From Basidiobolus meristosporus CBS 931.73 (taxonomy: Eukaryota > Fungi > Basidiobolomycota), in assembly GCA_002104905.1 (NCBI GenBank), contig MCFE01000687.1, positions 1 to 44,998 on the forward strand: 44,998 nucleotides of DNA, in the 5' to 3' direction. The position numbers and the translations under genes were made by a program. The notes below the pieces were generated by a model. The model did not search any database. It saw only the letters and a program-made list of their open reading frames with translations, and was not told the DNA's origin. This document shows, piece after piece, positions 32,280-43,216 of this stretch. Within the stretch, counting starts at the first letter, position 1; the number at the start of each line of letters is the position of its first letter.

Positions 32280-35210
32280 ATGGACAAGACTACTTTGACT
32301 CAACGCCATAGGAGAAGAGAAAAAAGACCATGTGGCTATTGTGGCAAGCCTCTTGGCCATGAAGCACGCAGAGAGCATAGGAAGTATTACAAGGATCACA
32401 GTCAGTGTTTTGCCACACAAGTCATATTTGACCATTCATTAGTCACTACTGTACCAACATTATCATGCCAGCCAGCTGATTCTTCTATATTGGCACCTGA
32501 CCGTCTTTGCCACCTTGCGCAAACTGAGTCTGGTGAGCTTGTGACGCCTTTAGGCTCACATGAGCCATCTGAATATGGCATGCAGAGTGATAGCTCTGAC
32601 AAAGAAGGTTCACTGATGGATTTTGAGCCTATCTCCCCTGACAACAGTACCATGTATGAGCCCAGTCAAATCCCTATATGCAATGAGACAGCACCTGTTG
32701 AAACAAATGCCAAGGATACTTTATGGAGCCAAGTGAGCCCAGTAATCCATCTACTGGTGAATGATGTAATGTTGTGGCTAGAGAAGTGGCGTGTTTCCAC
32801 TAATATCAATAATGGGGGCTTTGTGGATTTATTACTTCTTGCCAAAATCATACTGGGATGCAACCTACCATGTACATGGTATAAGTGGACAACCATTATG
32901 CAACTGGCAACATATAATCCAGAGACTGTCCTGATTCCAGCATGTGTTAACAGCTGCATAGCATTCACATCCAAAAATGCTACCATTGCAACATGTCCAA
33001 ATTGTCAGGAATCCACCACCATTGAGGGAAAACATTGTTAACACTCTGGATATATTCCAGTAATACCCCATCTGAGGAAGTTCTAGCAGTCATACAAATA
33101 TTGCAAAGCTATACAGTACCACACTCAGTATTAATCAAGTGCAAACATATCCAATATATTTGATGGCAAACATTACAAACAGCTAAGAAGCAAGGGCTAC
33201 TTTGAAGGTATGTATGACCATGCCTTTGCTTTAGCACTTGATGGATTCTCATTAAACAAGTACTCTACCAGCAAATCCTGCTGGCCACTGATTCTCATCA
33301 ATCTGAATCTGCCGCCCATCTTACGGTATCAGAGCAATAATCTGATGGTAGTCTCACTGGTATCTGGGCCTATATCACCATCCAACCTGGATAGCTACCT
33401 GTATCCATTACTGGATGAATTTGTATGCTTTCCAGCAGGATAATGGTAAATGGCTGTCATGTAAAAGCGCATATTATTATCTGCATTGGAGATACCCCAG
33501 CCATCAGCAAGATAGCAGGTTTTTCCAGGCACAATGGACGGTATTGCTGTCAAATGTGTGAGATCCAGGGGATTTACTCTATATCTCACACACATCATTA
33601 TTACCCAAACACCAGCACTAAGAACATCATCTTTCCACAGAGAGAATGTACAGAAGTAAGCATGCAATTGCAGCATAGTTGGCAAGCTATAAGCCATTGG
33701 CTGGAATATGGAATCAATTGGAAACTGAAGATACTTAAGATAGAGGGTATCTGTTGGAGCAAGAGCCTTCCACTGGGAGCAATGCATTTGCTTTTCAACA
33801 ATATCCCTATAATGATGACCAAGTTGTACATGGGGCCTTTCAAGCTAAATGAGCCCTTTGAGATACTGGAGAAATTTGAAAGAATTGGCATGATATTAAA
33901 GAGTATCTGCTATCCTAAGTACTTCTTACAGGCTCCAATTAATATTCATACGCATATGCAACAATACAAATGCAAAGACTGGATGAACTGGAAATGTATT
34001 TATTCAAGTGGTGCTCTGAAGCCATTCCTACCAAGAGTACATTGGAAGCATTGGGAGTCATATGTGGACATTGTAGGAATATTTATCCAGAAGCGGATCA
34101 CCAATGCCAACTTGACGCATCTACAGCTGTTGTGTGAGGAGTTTGTAATGGGATTTGAGCGGCTATACTACAAACATAAAGCTGAACATGTAGATCTCTG
34201 CCGCTACTGTATCCATTTTCTACTCCATCTTGCACAGTGTGTGGAGAATATTGGGCCTTGCTTCACCTTTTGGGAGTTTCCTATGGAGCAAATGTGTGGG
34301 GAGATAAGAAGACAAGTCAAGTCACAGGTACTACCATATCCCAATCTCATCAAGAATATTACCTTCAAGTCTGTCATGGATGTGATGAGTTGGCACATGG
34401 AGGACAGCCAGAAAGAGTTGGAAAATACTGAGGACAAATGTGCACATGGAGACACCTACACCTATGGCATTAAGAAGCTAAGCAGCCCCAATGCATGGGT
34501 AATCAGTTAAGTAATGCAAAGTTGGGTTGGGTGCAGCAAGCAACTAATTTTTATCAGGAAAACTCCACCAAGATATGCCGGATTTCTCATGGTCACAAGC
34601 AAACTTCTATACCATTCAATATGGAATTCACACAAACAAAAGCCAGAGCGCACCAATAAGGGGGACTAGAATCCAGCAAGGAGAAGGAATATATTGGCTA
34701 AATACCTAGAAGTTCTTTGCGGATATTGAGGAGGTATTCATGGCAGAAGTGGCAACAACCAAGCATATGTTTGCAAGATGTATATGTTACCAGCAGTACA
34801 AGGTATATGGCAGCTTTGCAAATATTACACTAAAAAGCCGTAAAATTGAGATGATAGAAGTATGTCAATGGCAGCAAGTGTGCGCATTTGTAGAGGTTTG
34901 TAAGCAGGAGGCCATAGTTTTTTTTGATTCAAACTATATGTGGAATACCCAAGGTAGTAGTGGGTAAGCAAATAAAGAAAGGTGATTCTACAGTGGAATA
35001 TATGAATTGCACACGGGGAGGTAGAAATAGGAAATACCATTTGGTAAATTGGTACAGTAGCATTATACGGAACCAGTGGTAGGCTGTCATACTGCCAATA
35101 TAATGCCATCAGAGTCTTGCTGTGAGGCCATCAAAATACTGTCAAGTTTCTTGCCATATAAGGCAATTGAATGTCCTGGCCAACTGGATTTACTTAAAAT
35201 AGTTATAGAG
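32280..35210 (+). pseudogene. CACTA transposase (Tnp2/Transposase_21-like plus DUF4218-like)
   Basis: CVNSCIAF...CPNC, YIPVIPHL, LALDGF...SCWP...NLNLPP..R...L.PLLDE, GDTPAISK..G..H...C..C, HFLLHL...GP...WEFPMEQ.CG; several stops and a frameshift near 33430. Confidence 0.9.
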
Positions 35211-36227
35211 CACTGAAAGACCATAACAGTACCATGCAAATATTGATACAGCACTGATAAAATATTGTCAAGTTTTATCCCTTTATTTGGCTGTAAAGTT
35301 AGTAAAACACTTTCATGATTTTGTCATAAGATTGTTAGGAGGGTCACTAATTCCAAGCTGCTATTATTATGATGGTCTCTAAGCAGGATCTTGATGGCTG
35401 ATCTGGATTGGATCCACCCGCGGGACCAAATTATTTTTCATAGGGCAGAGATTGAGAAGTATGGGGGAAAAGCTGCAGCTCTCACTAATCAACACCATCA
35501 ATTTAAAACAGCTTGATTTCCATAATAGCTATAAAGAATTACCAACAAGACAACAGCTATTACCACAAGAATTGAAGGCACATCCAGTTGAGCTACACCT
35601 AGTAAGGAGGATGAGTTAGCCAAGAAAGACAACCTATCTACCTCAGTCTCTATGTCCTCCATTGTACACAGAGTGGAAATCCAACTGGCAGTAAAGTAGC
35701 AACATCAACAAATCCAAGGACTACTACAGTGCCTACAGTGTAATTTTGGAACAGTTGCAGACATATCAAGAGGTTACTGCACTTCTTCAAGAGCTGTCCT
35801 CAAGAAAACACACCCAAATATTGCAAGGATTTATTGCAAACACTGGCATATGAGGTGCTGGACCTTGCAGTACCAGCTGAAGAACAGTATGTATGCAAAC
35901 CAGTGAATAGACAATGCATAAAGTCATAGGGTTCCTGCCAAAGTCATGGGCAAAGGGCATTACTGCTGGGATACTTATTGAGTAGTGGATTTTAATGTTG
36001 CTACTTGTTGAGTGTGAGGTTGGCTTAATGATGGTGTTGGGTATAGTGACTTGTATAGGTCAGTAAAATCTACAGTTGAGCTGCACCTGGAGATTCAATG
36101 GAAATGTGCCAATTTATATGCCTGAACAGCTAGACCCCTGGTAGAGCCAGGAAGTAAGGAGTGTGAAAAAGAGGCAATAGCCAATCAATGTATAAAAATA
36201 TAGGAGGTGATTGAGTATTCAGGATCA

Positions 36228-36993
36228 TGCACCTTTCTTAACCATAAAGGAACAATTTTATGGAATTCAAGAAAGCAGCCAATTGAAGCACTTTGGCCTA
36301 CAGGGGCAGACTATATGGCAGCCTGTGAGGCTACAAAAGAAGCAATGTGGTTGAGAAAGCTTTTTGAGGACTAAGGCTCATACCAAAGGCTCTGCTACAT
36401 TAATTCAAGACAATCAAGGATGTACAGAATTAGGTAGAAATCCAACTTTTCATGCTGGAACTAAGCACATAGATACAAGACATCAATTCATATCAGAAGC
36501 TACAGAGAATAACCTGGCTAACTTAGTTTACTGTCCTATAGAAGAAGTGATTGCAGACATATTTGACAAACCAATAGCTATAGAAAAATATGAATATCTA
36601 GGATAACAATTAAGACTAGTTAATATGAATATCTAGTTGAGTGGGAGTGTTGCAAGTTATGTAATTACACCTAATTACAGATCTAACTTAGTCACTTTGA
36701 TCATTACCTGCAAATCTTGAAGAATCCTTACTAAATTCCTTGTTGAGATATACTTGGAAATATTTTCATCAAACTTCTGGTACCCAGATCATAAATTTCT
36801 GCAAGCTATCCAAACAGCCCCAAACTTGGCACACATGTTCTTGGGAGCTTCCTGAGCATATCTTATGTGCTTGCTTTGCCATGAGCATGTGAAAGTAGAA
36901 ATAATTCTTTACATTTGATAAATCATTAAGTGAAAACCACATAATCTTCTTGTTCCCCAAATCACTTCTAATATCTCCAAAACCTTGACAACA
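36228..36993 (+). mobile_element. 3' end of a Copia element: RNase H remnant, PPT and LTR (36648-36993)
   Basis: WNSRKQ, GADYMAACEATKEAMWLRK, KHIDTRHQF, IADIFDKP; gagtgggag followed by tgttgcaa...ttgacaaca. Confidence 0.85.
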
Positions 36994-37748
36994 CCTACCT
37001 CAATCAAAGATTGTAACTAACAATTTGAAGGAAAAGCACCAGCAGAATACCAGCAGACTATGAAATGAATTCCAAGCTTGAGATTTTTCACAGAGTATGG
37101 AAATCAGGTTGATTGCAAGTTTGTGAGATGGATTGAGTTAGTGTGGAAACACCAAAGATTTGTAAGATATTCACTTATTGGTATATTAAGCACAATTAAG
37201 GTACTCCTAGACAAACCTCTTAAAGTCAGTGCTAAGAATACCTTCAGGAAGTTCCCAAGATGCTGTATGCCAAGATTGGGGTGTTTTCAAAACTTCCAGG
37301 ATGTCTATGTGTAAACTTAGTTGCAACTGAATAATTTGTACTCTAGCAAAATAGGTATTTACAGTCAAGTAGGCTGCCCTATATAGTCACACACATCATG
37401 TAAAGGGGACAGCAAACATCCACCAATACTGGTTAACGTGGGGAAAGTAGCGGGGAAGAGGGGAACAATTTCATAACCTAGAACCTGATTAAATCGGAAT
37501 ATTAAGTTTGCTATAAATAGTAGCTTTGCTCATGAGCCAGACAAGCAAGGTGATTAGTAGCCGGCTTATCACATGGTGATTAACCTACCACAATCGGGAT
37601 AATACATCAGTATATGGACATTCAGGACTACCCACTTAGGACGCTTGACTTGCGCACGATTGAATCTTTTTTTCGGGGAAGAAAGGAAAATGGAATAGCT
37701 AGGATTTTACCTTTCCTTGTGTCGTAAAGGCTACACTCCAGACACTGA

Positions 37749-39373
37749 ATGACTGTATTTCAGTTTGACGAAGACGACCACCCAACCCTAAAGAGCCGCA
37801 CCATATCGGGCGGCTCTTTTGCGCATTTTTCGGTGGCCGAAAATCCCTCGGACTCAGAGTCCGACCCTGATCCCGAGACGGAAGAATTGTTGGAGCAAGT
37901 AATTCAAGCGGAATCTTTACCGAAGGCAGATAGCGAATTTATTGTCCCGTTGGAGGAGCCTTTTGTGGCCTCCCTGGTGGAAAATGCTACGGTTAACAGA
38001 AAGGTTGGACCTGAAGATTTCGAACAACTGAAAGTGATTGGACGGGGAGCGTAAGTACGCTAGTTAATCCGGTGGCCAGCCTAAACACTAACCGCCCTCT
38101 TTTGGCTTCTATTACTAGTTACGGGAAGGTATTTTTCTCTATTGTGCCTGGCTTGGGCCCTGGCTAAGTTTCTTTGGTCAGGTTCTTTTAGTTCGTCAAA
38201 AAGCCACCGGTAGGTGCTTCGCCATGAAGGTTCTCAAAAAGGCCTCCATTATTGTGCACACAAAAAACACGGAATACTCCAAAACCGAAAGAGCCATACT
38301 GGAAGAAGTCAGTCACCCGTTCATTGTCAAGTTGTTCTACGCTTTCCAAACCAACGCAAAGCTCTACCTGATTTTGGATTACGTCGCTGGCGGGGAGTTG
38401 TTCACCCACATGGCCAAAGAAAGGATGTTTGAGGAGGATGTTGCGCGATTCTTTACTGCTGAATTGGTGCTTGCGCTGGAACATCTGCACAGTCTTGGGA
38501 TCATATACCGGTAGAGGATTGGACCATTCTATCAAATGGGATGTATGTGGTGCTCAACGATATTCCCTCACGTAGTGACTTGAAGCCTGAAAATTGTCTG
38601 CTGGACAACGAAGGCCACATTGTGCTGACCGACTTTGGACTCTCCAAAGTGGCACTGAACACCAACGATGGCAAAACCAACACCATGTGCGGAACCACTC
38701 AATATATGGTAATTTCCCCTGCTACAGTTGTCGTTGGCCATATTTAACCCCATCTTGCGACAGGCGCCGGAAGTCCTTCTTGAAGTGTACTATGATAAGG
38801 CAGTTGACTGGTGGTCTCTTGGTATCATGATCTACGACATGCTAACTGGCGCGGTAAGAAAAGACCAACCAACCAACCCCAACCCGCCTGTACTGACCTC
38901 CTCTCAGCCTCCATTCAAAGGCAGCAACCGTAAGAAGACCATGGAGGCCATTCTCAACAAAAAGCTTCGGTTCCCCAACTACATCTCTCCTGACGCCAAG
39001 GACCTCATGACCCGGTTGCTTCGAAAGTCCCCTGCTGTACGACTCGGTAGTGGACCTGACGGGGCCAGCGCCATCAAAAAGCACCCATTCTTCAGAACCA
39101 TCGATTGGAAGGCACTCGCGCGTCGGGAAATCAAGTCGCCAATCATTCCCCTTTTGGTATAGCGGTTTGCTGGCATTGAATACAATCTATGAGTTACTAA
39201 CTTTTCTGCCGTAGTCCTCAGCTGACGATGTGAGTAATTTCGATACTCAATTCACATCGCTCACCGTTCTAGAATCCCCCGCCTCACCTAGCCCAATAAG
39301 CGCAAGCTTCAATCGCCTGTTCCAAGGATTTAGTTTTGTTGACCGATCTACCTATCTACCATACCACGAATGA
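37749..39373 (+). CDS. psk1: S6-kinase-like AGC Ser/Thr kinase (Psk1/Ypk3/p70S6K group); exons 37749-38050, 38119-38128, 38182-38510, 38576-38708, 38764-38853, 38908-39156, 39215-39373
   Basis: Six GT-AG introns join [38 protein letters not shown] and a C-terminal FQGFSFV hydrophobic motif; N-terminal FQFDED resembles a TOS-like motif. Confidence 0.88.
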
Positions 39374-39575
39374 TTCCCACCAATGATTCCTGAATCAACC
39401 GTCATCGCCTTTCCCATTCTATTTTATAGATAATCAATAAATTCTACCTAAGTTTAGGCAAACTGACATGGAACATGATTAATATCCCTACGAACAAGAT
39501 TCATTAGGTTTAATGGATTTCTCTAGTTAAGCAACGTGTATAAACTCTTCCCGCCCCACCTAGTTCTTCGGCAAG

Positions 39576-40047
39576 ATGGAAGCCAACCTTGAAACCATTA
39601 TAAGCAACCTGTTTGTGATTTCCGTATTGTTTCAGGCTCTCAGATTGCATGTTTACTAAACTTGCCTCTTATTTCACCCAGCCTAGGCAATGATGGAGTT
39701 AAAGGAGTTTTGTTAGCTGACCACAATGGTCTGTGCTTGGCCTGTAAGTTTTATCCACTGGCTTCTCATCCAATCAGTAGATGCGTGTACTGAGCTCGGT
39801 GTTCTTTAGCCAGAGGAGCGGCTCCCGCAAGTGCCGCAGGCTTCATCTCATCCATTGCTAACCGTGCTCAGGAGCTGATGGTAACACAGGAAAACGACGC
39901 CCCCGCTGTGAGCATCAGCATAGAGACACAAGAACAGTAAGTGAGATCTAATCTTACCAACCCTTCATGCTCTGACACCTTACCGACTCTTGTAGCACTA
40001 TCGTCATCCGTAGAGAGAAAGAAATGACCCTCGCCATTTATAAATAG
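39576..40047 (+). CDS. LAMTOR5: Ragulator subunit LAMTOR5/HBXIP homolog, 91 aa; exons 39576-39610, 39682-39743, 39810-39936, 39996-40047 (not in the ORF track)
   Basis: Spliced product MEANLETIISNLLGNDGVKGVLLADHNGLCLASRGAAPASAAGFISSIANRAQELMVTQENDAPAVSISIETQEHTIVIRREKEMTLAIYK aligns by eye with human LAMTOR5 (GVL..D..GL.L...G.....AG.IS). Confidence 0.85.
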
Positions 40048-40492
40048 GTTATTGTAATAGCAAATGTACCGATAAAGTAATTCTCAATGCTACGACACCA
40101 TACTGAGCAGTGTGGCCGGAACCAATATATATCATTCAATCCACTGAACAGGCAAACACACGCCTCTTAATGACTGTGACTAGTTGGGCTATCACCAGCA
40201 CCATGATGATGTTGATGTGGTTCATGATCATTCAGCGACTGATAGAGCAGATCATGTGGTATTCCATCGGTCAGTATGCTACGTGTGGGATGACTTCATT
40301 TATCAACGAATCTGATCTGCAATGCTGGGCTGAGAGGAGGCTCTACTCCTGCGCCAGCATTTGGCTCCTTGTGAGAATTTTATTGCCCTGAATCATATAA
40401 TATAAAATGCACATAGTACATCGGTTGTCACAGATGTATCCAGGCACAAGCCTAAAGATACTTTCGACACCCAGTCAAAAAGCAACGTTACT

Positions 40493-41470
40493 TTGAGCAC
40501 TCTGGACCTCAATATGAATGTTGCTCGCTCGCCACCTATTTCATACCCCCAACGTGTGTCTTCCCTTCAACACCTTCATCTCGAGTTGAACAAAGAGCGA
40601 CTCTCGTTGCTAGACGAAATCAACGAACTTAAAAGAATCAGTTTATCCCAGACAACTCGAAATGCCAGAATCACGGAAAGTGGTACTTATGTCGAGGAAA
40701 GGGCGGGGGTATGCAACAGCAGAACTAACAGCCCAAGATACTTGTCGAACGCCTCACCCATAATGGAGGAAACGGGCGAACTCAGCGAAGACGTAGATAG
40801 CTTCAATACTCGTAGTGATGAGAGTATCCATGTAAACATGTACATCCCTTATCCAATTCCCAAGAATAATGGCATCTCCCCGTACTCGAGGATCCAGCCC
40901 TCAATGGCTGATGACAGCCCTGTCTTCAAAGGCACTCTTTACAAGTTAGGGAGAAACCGCCAGTGGCAGGAGCGCGAATTCCGCACCGATGGATTTCTTC
41001 TTGTTTGCCTAACGACCAAGAAGATTAAAGTCAATCCAGGTAGTGTGTTGTTGGCCAGCTACACCACCGCAGAAGATCCCGAGCTGCTTGCCCATTTCTA
41101 CCCGACTAGTCCACCATTACCTCGTATATCACACCCCCTGATCGCAACTGCTTGCATAGGGGGGAAAACCCCCGATCATGGTCAATACGTTGACTTTTAT
41201 CAGCCACCGAAGTGGATCATTCCTCTGAGTGATGTGTTAGAGGTGACCTTATTGACACGTAACCGCTACAAGATGAAAAAATGCTTTGTAATCCACACAT
41301 CAGAACGGAAGTACATCCTTCGAGCACGAACTGAGATGGAAACCAACTGTTGGCTCTATCTACTAAGACGCACGCTCCTTAGCCAGTTGCCAAGTTTATC
41401 GAACTACGGCTCGTCTGGTTCCTCCAATCTTCGCCTCTCACAGCTTCCCTGCAACGAGAGCAGGAATTGA
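40493..41470 (+). CDS. PH-domain protein (N-terminus uncertain; frame open from 40406, possible upstream exon)
   Basis: FKGTLYKLGRNRQWQEREFRTDGFLLVCL ... KKCFVIHTSERKYILRARTEMETNCWLYLL, the PH beta-1/2 and C-terminal helix signature. Confidence 0.75.
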   Translation: MSTLDLNMNVARSPPISYPQRVSSLQHLHLELNKERLSLLDEINELKRISLSQTTRNARITESGTYVEERAGVCNSRTNSPRYLSNASPIMEETGELSEDVDSFNTRSDESIHVNMYIPYPIPKNNGISPYSRIQPSMADDSPVFKGTLYKLGRNRQWQEREFRTDGFLLVCLTTKKIKVNPGSVLLASYTTAEDPELLAHFYPTSPPLPRISHPLIATACIGGKTPDHGQYVDFYQPPKWIIPLSDVLEVTLLTRNRYKMKKCFVIHTSERKYILRARTEMETNCWLYLLRRTLLSQLPSLSNYGSSGSSNLRLSQLPCNESRN

Positions 41471-41730
41471 TTCGTAGTCTGTGGAACGTCCTATGTACTA
41501 TTTAATAGACCTTGTATACGTAATTGATGAATAACAGGTACCCAGCCTGTAGCGTTCATCGAGGCAGCTTCGGTTCCATGTACATAGCACTCAGCATTGT
41601 ATTAAAATGGCTTTATTATTAGTGAGAATGAATGCATTCTTTACAAGCTAGTAAAAGTTGGTTTTATCTAAATCAAAGATGTATCTACGTATATTCATCG
41701 GATTGTGCTGGAGTGGTTTTCGCCTTGGCC

Positions 41731-43005
41731 TTAAAGCTTTACATACCACTTCTTGTAGTCCATCAGGTATGCGATTGGCACGTACACAAGGAGGGCCCAC
41801 ACAAGAGACCATATCAAGCTAGCAAGATGGGCAGGCAGCCAGGAAGCAAAAACCACGCTATATATCACATTGTATAGGTTTGACATCCCATTACGGCTTC
41901 CATGTCCGCTGTAGGGAACGGGTATGGAGAAGAAGATGCTGGCGAGGTTCTCCGAGAGCACATACAGGAACAGCGGATTCTTACCAACCACTACAAACAT
42001 ATTGAAAAGGTGGGCTATAGGGCGGATCGGAGATTGCAGGAGATTCTTAATATCGATCAAGAAGATGAAGATAGCCAGCAAAAGGATGGATATGCCGCCA
42101 GTCAGCAGAACAAAGGTTGGTGTCCACAGCGGCTTGGAAATGGGAATCCCGGTATGAATGAATATGGCAAGCACGATTCCAATCAAGGCGATCATGGTGT
42201 AATGGCACACCCTCTTGTACCGGAAAGATTTTTCACTGAACTCGGTGCGATGTTTGACAACGTCAATGCCAACCATCATGCCTATCCAGCAATTGATGCA
42301 TGAGGTGATGGTGGATAGCGAACCTTCTGGGTCAAACGGTAGCTGCTGGTATGTATGAGAAAGCCCGAAGATATTGGTATCGAAGTAGCTTTCAGCAGAG
42401 CATTCGATGGTGAGAATGCCATGCCCACAGCCTGGAACGTTCACTCCGTAAGTCAATGCCAGCCACAACAGCAGGGCACTCAAGGGGAATCCGTATCTGA
42501 GGTAAAGATACTGATAGCGGTTTTTTTCTTGATGACAGGTGATGTAGAGCGCCGTGAGCACCAGATAACAGATTGCCAGCCTTTGGAGCACCCCAGGGAT
42601 TCTCAGAACTCTTGGGAAATCGGGGGAACTGAAAGGAAAGAGGTTCACCCATAAACCAATCAAGAAGATCAATACAAACCGTTTGACAACCTTGATCCAT
42701 AACCTCTTTCCCTCTAGCTTGCCCCGGTTGGCAGCCATAGCCAACGGGATGGCTAATCCCATAATGAAGACAAAATTGGGAAAGATCGCATCAGCCAAGG
42801 TAAAGCCAAACCATTCGGGATGCTCCATGATAGGAAACGGCTCGGGCTGGTAGTTGACCATGATCATGAAAATGATGGTGAACCCACGACAAACATCCAA
42901 CGAAACCAGCCGACCACTTTTTTTAGGTTGCCCAATCGTCTCTTGATTGATTTCGACGCTCGTTTGCTGTGGGTCTTTCCGGTCAAGACTAGCAGGATTA
43001 TCCAT
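41731..43005 (-). CDS. HGSNAT / DUF5009 (COG4299-like) multi-pass membrane acetyltransferase homolog, intronless, 424 aa
   Basis: RLVSLDVCRG, MVNY, H.EW.G.TLAD.IFP.F.FIMG (catalytic His position), RIPGVLQRL, FDPEG, K.LWTP.FVL..GG; many hydrophobic helices. Confidence 0.88.
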   Translation of the reverse strand: MDNPASLDRKDPQQTSVEINQETIGQPKKSGRLVSLDVCRGFTIIFMIMVNYQPEPFPIMEHPEWFGFTLADAIFPNFVFIMGLAIPLAMAANRGKLEGKRLWIKVVKRFVLIFLIGLWVNLFPFSSPDFPRVLRIPGVLQRLAICYLVLTALYITCHQEKNRYQYLYLRYGFPLSALLLWLALTYGVNVPGCGHGILTIECSAESYFDTNIFGLSHTYQQLPFDPEGSLSTITSCINCWIGMMVGIDVVKHRTEFSEKSFRYKRVCHYTMIALIGIVLAIFIHTGIPISKPLWTPTFVLLTGGISILLLAIFIFLIDIKNLLQSPIRPIAHLFNMFVVVGKNPLFLYVLSENLASIFFSIPVPYSGHGSRNGMSNLYNVIYSVVFASWLPAHLASLIWSLVWALLVYVPIAYLMDYKKWYVKL

Positions 43006-43126
43006 CTTGTACGATTTGAAGCGGAAAGGGAAGTTATTTACAATTAGGAGCGTTGAATGGGATGATTCAGCCCATTTATTGAGTTCTAGGCAGAACCTCT
43101 GTTTGTTAATCCCCCGTAGGTCACTG

Positions 43127-43216
43127 CATTACATAGCATCATAGCCTATAGTATCATTACATAGCATCATAGCCTATAGTACCATTACATGGCATCATAG
43201 CCTATAGTAACATTAC
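43127..43216. repeat. 28-bp tandem repeat, 3.2 copies (cattacatagcatcatagcctatagtat)
   Basis: Units start at 43127, 43155, 43183 and 43211 (partial). Confidence 0.9.

Larger units (their letters stand above)
29657..35445 (+). mobile_element. CACTA/EnSpm (CMC)-type DNA transposon, 5,789 bp, two divergent genes, decayed
   Basis: TIRs CCCTATGAAAAA(T)TA(A)TT; CAGA on both flanks (29653-29656 and 35446-35449); Tnp2/Transposase_21-like and DUF4218-like motifs. Confidence 0.88.
28560..36227 (+). mobile_element. Old diverged CACTA-family accessory-ORF remnant (copy D: ~28560-29656 and 35446-36227), host of the full element
   Basis: Homologous to the reverse complement of ~29870-31610; continuous across the 29657-35445 insertion once one CAGA is removed. 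Confidence 0.7.

Noticed and set aside
1-37350. Classical ascomycete RIP (CpA to TpA)
   Set aside because: CpA/TpG are abundant, CpG is the depleted dinucleotide, and paired copies differ by reciprocal CA/TG. TAA/TAG stops can arise from double deamination of CGA/CGG. A minor CpA component cannot be excluded without counting.
37000-37350. Additional LTR remnant before the gene region
   Set aside because: Only scattered short similarities to the Copia LTR family; no termini or TSD could be defined.
40110-40391. 93-aa ORF upstream of the PH-domain gene
   Set aside because: Non-ATG start and no recognisable motif; I could not build a phase-compatible splice to the PH exon.
41902-42654. Plus-strand ORFs (133, 77 and 99 aa)
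   Set aside because: Antisense to the well-supported HGSNAT-like CDS.
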